A DNA stretch of 64,000 nt, taken from assembly GCA_965140415.1 (NCBI GenBank), contig OZ223209.1, positions 5,728,001 through 5,792,000 of the forward strand. The letters run 5' to 3'. The stretch comes from Myxococcota bacterium (GTDB lineage: Bacteria > Myxococcota_A > SURF-8). A program made the position numbers and the translations under genes. The notes below the pieces were generated by a model. It was not told where the DNA came from. It ran no database searches and was given only the letters and a program-made list of their open reading frames with translations. Of this stretch, positions 57,703 to 64,000 are shown in pieces (position 1 is the stretch's first letter; the number at the start of each line of letters is the position of its first letter).

Positions 57703-59082
57703 ATGGACCTGCTTTCATTCGGCATACAACCCGAGCGCGTGTGCGTACTCAATCCGCGCTTGATACGCAAGCCTCCCCAGGCTCGCTACGTGTTGTATTG
57801 GATGCAGCAGGCACAACGCATTTCAGACAACCACGCGCTTTCGTATGCGCAAATCCAGGCGAATGAGCGGCACCTGCCGCTGGTGGTCGTCTTCGCCTTG
57901 ACCGACGGCTACCCGGGCGCGACATTGCGTCACTATCGTTTCATGCTGGAAGGCTTGCAGGAACTTCGAAAAGAACTGAAACGCCGGGGGCTGCGATTTT
58001 TACTCGTGCGCGGTGAACCGGACCAGGTGGTGACCGAATTGGGCCGGGAGGCCGCCCTGGTGGTGGTGGATGGCGGCTACACACGCATTCAGCGCCAATG
58101 GCGGCAGCAGGTCGCGAAAAACCTGGAATGTCCCCTGATCGAGGTCGAGAGCGATTGCATCGTGCCACCCTCGGTTACCACTGACAAGCAGGAATTCGGC
58201 GCGTACACGATTCGCCGGAAAATCAATCGAAATGTCGGAGCTTTTCTCTCCGCAGTCAAGCTACCCAAGGCCGCGCGTTCGGCGGAACGACTGGAGCTTT
58301 CTCTGCCGGATTTCAGCGGCGATATCGATGATCTCCTGGAACAGATGAAGTTGGATCGCTCCGTCCCAGCAGTTTCACAAACGCTTGGCGGAGCGCAGCA
58401 GGCAGAACGTAAGCTATTGGAATTCCTTGAAAACAAGCTCGGTCGTTATGCGCAAGACAGCCGCGATCCGAGCATCGACGGCCTTTCGGGCTTGAGTCCC
58501 TACCTGCATTTCGGGCAGATCTCTGCCAACGCCATTGCACGCCGGGTCTTATTGGAGGGCGGAGCGGGAGCGGAAAGTTTTCTGGAACAGTTGATCGTGC
58601 GCCGGGAACTGGCCGTCAATTACGTGCTGCACAATCTGCAGTACGATCGCTACGCCGGATTGCCGGACTGGGCCAAGCAGACTTTGGGACTACACCGGAG
58701 CGACAAGCGGGAATATCTGTATTCGATTGAAGAACTCACACAGGCCCGCACACACGATCCCTACTGGAACGCGGCGCAAAAAGAATTGCTGCTACGCGGC
58801 ACGATGCATGGATACATGCGAATGTACTGGGGAAAAAAGATTCTGGAATGGAGCCGGACGCCGGAACGGGCCTTTGAAATCGCGGTTCAATTAAACGATG
58901 CCTACCAGTTGGATGGCCGCGACCCGAACGGCTATGTCGGGGTGGCCTGGTGTTTCGGTGCGCATGACCGCCCCTGGAAAGAGCGGGCGATCTTCGGCAA
59001 GATCCGCTATATGAACGACAAGGGCCTGCGGCGTAAATTCGACATCGACCGCTACGTGCAGAAAGTCGCGGAAATGGAGTGA
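57703..59082 (+). CDS. phr: Class II CPD DNA photolyase
   Basis: VLYWMQ..QR..DNHAL, LSPYLHFGQIS, MHGYMRMYWGKKILEW, DGRDPNG, IFGKIRYM. Confidence 0.95.
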   Translation: MDLLSFGIQPERVCVLNPRLIRKPPQARYVLYWMQQAQRISDNHALSYAQIQANERHLPLVVVFALTDGYPGATLRHYRFMLEGLQELRKELKRRGLRFLLVRGEPDQVVTELGREAALVVVDGGYTRIQRQWRQQVAKNLECPLIEVESDCIVPPSVTTDKQEFGAYTIRRKINRNVGAFLSAVKLPKAARSAERLELSLPDFSGDIDDLLEQMKLDRSVPAVSQTLGGAQQAERKLLEFLENKLGRYAQDSRDPSIDGLSGLSPYLHFGQISANAIARRVLLEGGAGAESFLEQLIVRRELAVNYVLHNLQYDRYAGLPDWAKQTLGLHRSDKREYLYSIEELTQARTHDPYWNAAQKELLLRGTMHGYMRMYWGKKILEWSRTPERAFEIAVQLNDAYQLDGRDPNGYVGVAWCFGAHDRPWKERAIFGKIRYMNDKGLRRKFDIDRYVQKVAEME

Positions 59083-59093
59083 TTGAACAGATG

Positions 59094-59244
59094 TTACTCA
59101 TTTCTGTCCATAGAGTAATCGGGATGTGCCATGGTCTCACGGAATGGAAATTCCGGGAGGCCGTGTGTAACCACAAGAAATCACACAGCCTTCCGCGATC
59201 TTCGATCGCGTAAGACTATGGCACAACTTCTTGGAATCGGTGGC
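59094..59244. repeat. Structured ~150-bp intergenic repeat (family C), copy 2
   Basis: Near-identical to 40758-40908. Confidence 0.88.
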
Positions 59245-59317
59245 GAAAAAAGACTGATACCTCTAACCTAAACTTAAGGAAGTTATAGGTGATGACCCAC
59301 TCAACAGTGGCAAAGCT

Positions 59318-59854
59318 TTACTTCGGCAGGTTCTTCAATACGGAGAGTTTGTCGCGGTACAAGCGGCGGATCTCGATGAAATCGCGGTGATCCAATAAAA
59401 GTGCGCTGGAAATGCGGCGTACTTCTTCGTTTTCCTCGGGGCTGATTTCATCGTCGGCGGCGGCTACGGCGAACAGGCAGGAAACGATCTCCAGCTTTTG
59501 CGCTTTATCCGCCTGCTCGTTGATTTCACGCAGGTACAGGTGATTTTCGATGCCCGCCAGTTCCTTGGCTTTGCGTCCCACCAACTGAGCCATCCAGGCG
59601 GCTTCCTCGGCGGAAAGATTGGAAACGGTGTGCAGAATCGACTCGATGCGCCCGACTTCTTCTTCGGAAACCGTCGCGTCGGCCATAGCCACCCGGCCCA
59701 GCAATCCTCCGAAAGCGGCCAGATAATTCAGGCGTTGAGGATCTTCAATGCTCAGCCGTTCGGCCAATTCGCGCCCAAGGCTGCTCGTACCGGCTTTTGC
59801 GGCAGCGCCAGTGGCGTTCTTTTTAAACCCAAGTTTTTCCCATAGCGTCGTCAT
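59318..59854 (-). CDS. TerB family (tellurite-resistance/DjlA-N-like) protein
   Basis: VAMADATVSEEE and LFAVAAADDEISPEE duplicated motifs. Confidence 0.85.
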   Translation of the reverse strand: MTTLWEKLGFKKNATGAAAKAGTSSLGRELAERLSIEDPQRLNYLAAFGGLLGRVAMADATVSEEEVGRIESILHTVSNLSAEEAAWMAQLVGRKAKELAGIENHLYLREINEQADKAQKLEIVSCLFAVAAADDEISPEENEEVRRISSALLLDHRDFIEIRRLYRDKLSVLKNLPK

Positions 59855-59967
59855 GGGGCGCATTGTAGCGATGGCCTGCCGATTGGGCAAGGATTTCCGG
59901 CATTTTTACGCTTAAACAACCATGATGAAACTTGCGTCTACCTGCCTTTTACGATACATTGCCCGCC

Positions 59968-60645
59968 ATGAAAACCGTCGACTTGTTACAACAGCATATG
60001 ACCGAGCGGCGCATTCAACGGCTGGAACGTGTGCTGCTGCGCCGCACGCGCGACATCACCATCGTGATCGACCGCTTCAATAAACCTCATAATTACATGG
60101 CGATTCTGCGCACCTGCGAAGCCTTCGGCCTGCAAGATGTCCATATCATCCTGCCCGAGTCGATGAAGCAGGACGGCATCAGCAAGAGCATCACGCAGGG
60201 TGCCGATAAATGGCTGACCCTGCATTATCACGACGACTGGACCGCCGCATTTGCGGCGTTGCGCGAGTTGGGATATCGCATCTACGCCAGTTACCTGTTG
60301 CCCGAACGCGACACCCAGGCGGAAAACGGCCTGGAAGCACTGGAACCGGATGGCAAGATCGCCTTGTTGATGGGCAATGAACTGGATGGCCTGGAACCGG
60401 AACAGGCAAAGGCGGCGGACGGCCTGTTCATGCTGCCGATGCTGGGATTTACGCAGAGCTTCAATGTCTCGGTTGCCTGTGCTTTGTCCGTACAGCGCTT
60501 GATGCTGCTGCGCGAAGCACACGGAATCACTCTTACTCCGTTATCCGAAGCGGAGCAGGACGAACTTCGGGTGCGGTGGTACAAGTTGGCGGTACCCAAC
60601 AGCGCACGCATCATAGAAGAACACAAGCGACGCGAACCGAGCTAG
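59968..60645 (+). CDS. TrmH/SpoU family RNA 2'-O-methyltransferase
   Basis: PHN..AILRTCEAFG, GNELDGL, LPMLGFTQSFNVSVA. Confidence 0.92.
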   Translation: MKTVDLLQQHMTERRIQRLERVLLRRTRDITIVIDRFNKPHNYMAILRTCEAFGLQDVHIILPESMKQDGISKSITQGADKWLTLHYHDDWTAAFAALRELGYRIYASYLLPERDTQAENGLEALEPDGKIALLMGNELDGLEPEQAKAADGLFMLPMLGFTQSFNVSVACALSVQRLMLLREAHGITLTPLSEAEQDELRVRWYKLAVPNSARIIEEHKRREPS

Positions 60646-60692
60646 CGCCCTTCCCCCTGATTCCTTGTTGTGAAATTCTCAGTTAAGTGGAA

Positions 60693-61124
60693 TTACTCCA
60701 CTTTAACGATTGTACCCTTGTAGCGCAGCGTTTCACCGGCCAGAGGATGATTGAAGTCGACCACCACTTCGTCGCCGTCGATCTCTTCGATGCGCACCAC
60801 GACCGGCTCGCCGTCTTCATCTTCAAAGAAGAAATCTTCGCCGACTTCGATATCGGCGTCTTCAAACATCTCCAGCGGAATGGTGTCGAAGGCGTCCTCA
60901 TCGTATTCGCCGTAGCCCTGTTCGGGTTCGACTTCGATGTCGAAGGTGTCGCCGGAGGCTTTTCCCATCAATCCCTCTTCCAGGCCGGGAATGATTTCGT
61001 TGTTGCCGACGGTAGCGGTTAACGCGCCGTCTTCTTTGGTGCTGGCGACGAGTTCGCCATCTTCCAGATAAAGATCCATTTCCAACGTTACGCGACTACC
61101 CGAGGTAATGGTTTTATTCGGCAT
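60693..61124 (-). CDS. slyD: FKBP-type peptidyl-prolyl isomerase, SlyD-like (no His-rich tail)
   Basis: G...IIPGLEEGL, PEQGYGE, DFNHPLAG. Confidence 0.9.
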   Translation of the reverse strand: MPNKTITSGSRVTLEMDLYLEDGELVASTKEDGALTATVGNNEIIPGLEEGLMGKASGDTFDIEVEPEQGYGEYDEDAFDTIPLEMFEDADIEVGEDFFFEDEDGEPVVVRIEEIDGDEVVVDFNHPLAGETLRYKGTIVKVE

Positions 61125-61277
61125 CTGTTTCCTCCTTTGACGCAGTGCCAGCTTATCGCGCCCATGATAACGGACACGCAATAAAAAGAAACGGTTTTTT
61201 TTAAGGTTTCTTTCAGGCCGTCATGAGGTAGAATCCTATGTTGAACAAGAGGCGTTTTTCGAATAAGGAGCGGAACC

Positions 61278-62477
61278 ATGCGCAATACGCACTCGATATT
61301 CACCTGGAGCTTGCTGGTGTTTGTTTTATTGTCAATAGGGCTTGCCGGTTGCGGCGGTGAAGACGATCCGATCGCCGATGGCGATTGGGAAAGCAGCTCG
61401 GATGGTGACGAGGATACCGATTCGAACGACTGGATTCCCGATGGCGACACGGCCATCACCACGCGAAGCATCACGGTGCATCTTTTCGCCACCGATCAAC
61501 CTTATTTGTACTACAGCGGCAACAGTGGCCAGAGTTGGTCGCCCTATCCGGGAACGGCCATGGATGACGAAGACGACGGCTGGTGGGTCGCTGCGAATAT
61601 TATACGCAACGAGCCGGGCCAGTTGTATTTTCTGTTCAACGACGGTGCAGCCCAGCAGGATGCTGCGCAATGGCTCAAACCCAAGGGCGAAGAAAATTGC
61701 GACACTTGCCAGTTTCGCACCTCGCTGTTGGAAGTCTGGGTGAAAGATGGCCTGATGTACGACACCGACCCGGATACGCCGACTGATGGCGATGCAAGCG
61801 ACGGCGATCAAATCGATGGCGACACGATTGATGGCGATGCCATAGATGGAGACAGCACCGACGGCGACGTAGTAGACGGCGATACAATTGATGGCGATAT
61901 CACAGATGGCGACGTGGTTGACGGCGATGTCGTTGACGGTGACGTAGCTGACGGCGATATCGTCGATGGCGATATAACCGATGGTGATGTAGTCGATGGC
62001 GATGTGGTTGACGGTGATGTCGTGGATGGCGATATAACCGATGGTGACATCATTGACGGCGATATCGTGGATGGTGATGTGATCGATGGAGATCTGGCAG
62101 ATGGGGATGTCACGGATGGCGACGTGATTGACGGCGATAGTGTGGATGGCGATCTTACGGATGGCGACATCGAAACCGCGCCGACGTATCGAGTTCATTA
62201 TTACACCGGCTGGATTCCGCCCTACATTCACTACAGCTACGATGCTGGCACGACCTGGACTACGGTTCCCGGCGAAGCCATGAGCTTGGAAAGCGGTCAG
62301 TGGTGGGTCAAGGATATCGACATCAACCCGGCCTATCCGCTGTACTTCGTCTTCAATGACGGCGGGAGTAACTGGGATAATCCGAACCTGGACCCCAGCC
62401 AGAATTATGAAACCTCCGCCGGTGAATGCTGGGTGAAAGACGGCGTGGTCTACACCGACGGTCCTCCTGCGAAATAG
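61278..62477 (+). CDS. Lipoprotein with two CBM25/26-like starch-binding modules separated by 26 xxDGD repeats
   Basis: Lipobox LAGC; PYIHY....WTTVPG.AM...WW...FVFNDG..NWDN duplicated. Confidence 0.78.
   Translation: MRNTHSIFTWSLLVFVLLSIGLAGCGGEDDPIADGDWESSSDGDEDTDSNDWIPDGDTAITTRSITVHLFATDQPYLYYSGNSGQSWSPYPGTAMDDEDDGWWVAANIIRNEPGQLYFLFNDGAAQQDAAQWLKPKGEENCDTCQFRTSLLEVWVKDGLMYDTDPDTPTDGDASDGDQIDGDTIDGDAIDGDSTDGDVVDGDTIDGDITDGDVVDGDVVDGDVADGDIVDGDITDGDVVDGDVVDGDVVDGDITDGDIIDGDIVDGDVIDGDLADGDVTDGDVIDGDSVDGDLTDGDIETAPTYRVHYYTGWIPPYIHYSYDAGTTWTTVPGEAMSLESGQWWVKDIDINPAYPLYFVFNDGGSNWDNPNLDPSQNYETSAGECWVKDGVVYTDGPPAK
61785..62168 (+). repeat. 15-bp coding tandem repeat, 26 x DGDxx
   Basis: Counted from the translation; synonymous codons are diverged between units. 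Confidence 0.95.
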
Positions 62478-62494
62478 GCAGGGTGTTTTCTATT

Positions 62495-62520
62495 GTAGCA
62501 GCGAGGCGTAAGCCCGCCGT
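62495..62520. repeat. REP-like arm (family A)
   Basis: GTAGCAGCGAGGCGTAAGCCCGCCGT, matching the 15345 arm. Confidence 0.75.
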
Positions 62521-62564
62521 TGTTCATGGTTTGTGCTGGTTCAAAACAGTTGCTTTCCGGGTGT

Positions 62565-63093
62565 GTGGCATGGGCTAACCGTAGGTTGCCCATGAGCCGA
62601 AACAAGAACACGGGCAAGCTCCATTTTATTCCGCTTGGCCACGTGCCACCCTTTGACATTGCCACTCATCGACCTACCGTAGGTCGGGCAGATTCTGCCC
62701 GACAATCTGCTTACCGCCCCGAAAGCGACGCGCTCCAATAGGCGGGATGCAGCATGACTCCCGTGCTTAACACCTGCTGGTTTTCCAAACGGATGATATT
62801 CAAGTCCCGCTTGTAAGGCATATCCGGTGGGTGGCATGGGCTAACCGTAGGTTGCCCATGAGCCGAAACAAGAACACGGGCAAGCTCCATTTTATTCCGC
62901 TTGGCCACGTGCCACCCTTTGACATTGCCACTCATCGACCTACAGTAGGTCGGGCAGATTCTGCCCGACAATTTGCCTTACCGCCCCGAAAGCGACGCGC
63001 TCCAATAGGCGGGATGCAGCATAACTCCCGTGCTTAACACCTGCTGGTTTTCCGAACGGATGATATTCAAGTCCCGCTTGTAAGGCATATCCG
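62565..63093. repeat. ~266-bp tandem duplication: family B element + GTAG hairpin + 3' end of the adjacent minus-strand gene
   Basis: 62565-62827 nearly equals 62831-63093, with a few substitutions and one indel. Confidence 0.9.
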
Positions 63094-64000
63094 GGTAGGG
63101 AAGCGCATCCGAGAACAGACCATAGCGATAATCCAAGCCGCCCAGACCGACTTCGTAGGAACCTTGTGCGGAGAAATAGTAAAAGCCGATCACATCATCG
63201 GAATAGGTATCGAAAATCGCGCCTTCCTCGTCGACGAAACCCAGAAAGACCACCGCATGTCCGCTGCCGCTGGTGCGATTGAAATTGATGAACGAACCCG
63301 GCTGCAATTGTTCGAAGGGACAATGCTCGCCCATGCCGAATGCTTCCAGCGCATCGGCGGTTCCGGCTGAGCCCAGATCGTAATTGACCCAGAGCCAGCT
63401 TTTGATATCGGTATCCTCCATGTTTTCCCAACTGCTTTTAGGCAGGTATTCCCACACGCTTTGGTCGCCGGTGTCGGCGCTGTACAGTTGCAGGGCGGTC
63501 AGAATGACTTCCATCATGGCGGAAACGCTCATGGTGCGCGAGCCGCCGGTGGCATAAATCAAGCCGTGCGGACCATAGGCGATGTCGTGAGTCAGCTCGG
63601 CGGCATCGTATCCCAACAGACCGTAATTCGTGTAGGCATACTCCACCGCTGCCAGGATATAGGCATTGAATAACCGAGGCGCTTCGATGTCGGCTTCTAC
63701 ATCGAATTCGGCGTCAGCTTCTACATCCGGTTCTGTATCCGGTTCTACATCCGCTTCCAACTCGAATTCAATTTCTGCATCCGGATCCGTTTCGGCCTCG
63801 ACGTCAACCGCTTCCGTTCTTTCCAGCTCGACTTCGCCCTCTAGCTCGGAGTCGCTCTCCGCGTCTCTCTCGCGTTCTTCATCATCCGTGGAGTCAAGCT
63901 CTACATCGAATTCGAAAATGTCGAACTCGGCATCCGCTTCCGTTGTGTCGGCGTTTTCCTTGTCGCTGTCGCCCTGCTCCTCGTCCGCATCGAGATCGCC
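62978..64000 (-). CDS. Hypothetical protein with long Asp/Glu-rich linker (5' truncated by window edge)
   Basis: Frame is open to the window end; EADVEPD-type repeats precede a globular domain with FINFNR..GSGHAVVFLG. Confidence 0.75.
   Translation of the reverse strand, partial: GDLDADEEQGDSDKENADTTEADAEFDIFEFDVELDSTDDEERERDAESDSELEGEVELERTEAVDVEAETDPDAEIEFELEADVEPDTEPDVEADAEFDVEADIEAPRLFNAYILAAVEYAYTNYGLLGYDAAELTHDIAYGPHGLIYATGGSRTMSVSAMMEVILTALQLYSADTGDQSVWEYLPKSSWENMEDTDIKSWLWVNYDLGSAGTADALEAFGMGEHCPFEQLQPGSFINFNRTSGSGHAVVFLGFVDEEGAIFDTYSDDVIGFYYFSAQGSYEVGLGGLDYRYGLFSDALPYPDMPYKRDLNIIRSENQQVLSTGVMLHPAYWSASLSGR

Overview
Bacterial chromosomal window, Deltaproteobacteria/Myxococcota-like by gene content and order (inference). 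1-16.6 kb: flagellar cluster (fliG'-fliH-fliI-motE-like-fliK-flgD-TIGR02530-flgE, then a sigma54 promoter and motA-motB-motB-fliL-M-N-O-P-Q-R-flhB). 16.6-19.4 kb: small Cys-rich lipoproteins and an IS200-type element. 19.5-26.4 kb: yceD-rpmF-rpiB-nrdR-ribD-ribE-ribBA, tRNA-Ser and pckA; the plsX/fab block that usually follows rpmF is absent. 29-49 kb: a divergently transcribed, apparently uncharacterised lipid-biosynthesis island. The left arm has two paralogous radical SAM enzymes, two FabF-type ketosynthases, a thioesterase, a PKS-dehydratase/PPTase fusion and PlsY. The right arm has a GT2, an MMPL-methyltransferase fusion, an LpxL-like acyltransferase, a radical SAM and a TonB receptor, followed convergently by two HxsC-like radical SAMs. 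49-64 kb: DGD-repeat lipoproteins, an HD-GYP regulator, tRNA-Gly/Cys, gpx, class II photolyase, TerB-like, TrmH-like and SlyD genes. Best leads: the radical-SAM/KS lipid cluster, a complementary-degenerate MotB pair, the xxDGD pentapeptide lipoprotein family, a structured flgE leader, and several structured intergenic repeat families. All calls come from reading motifs by eye; no database searches were run.
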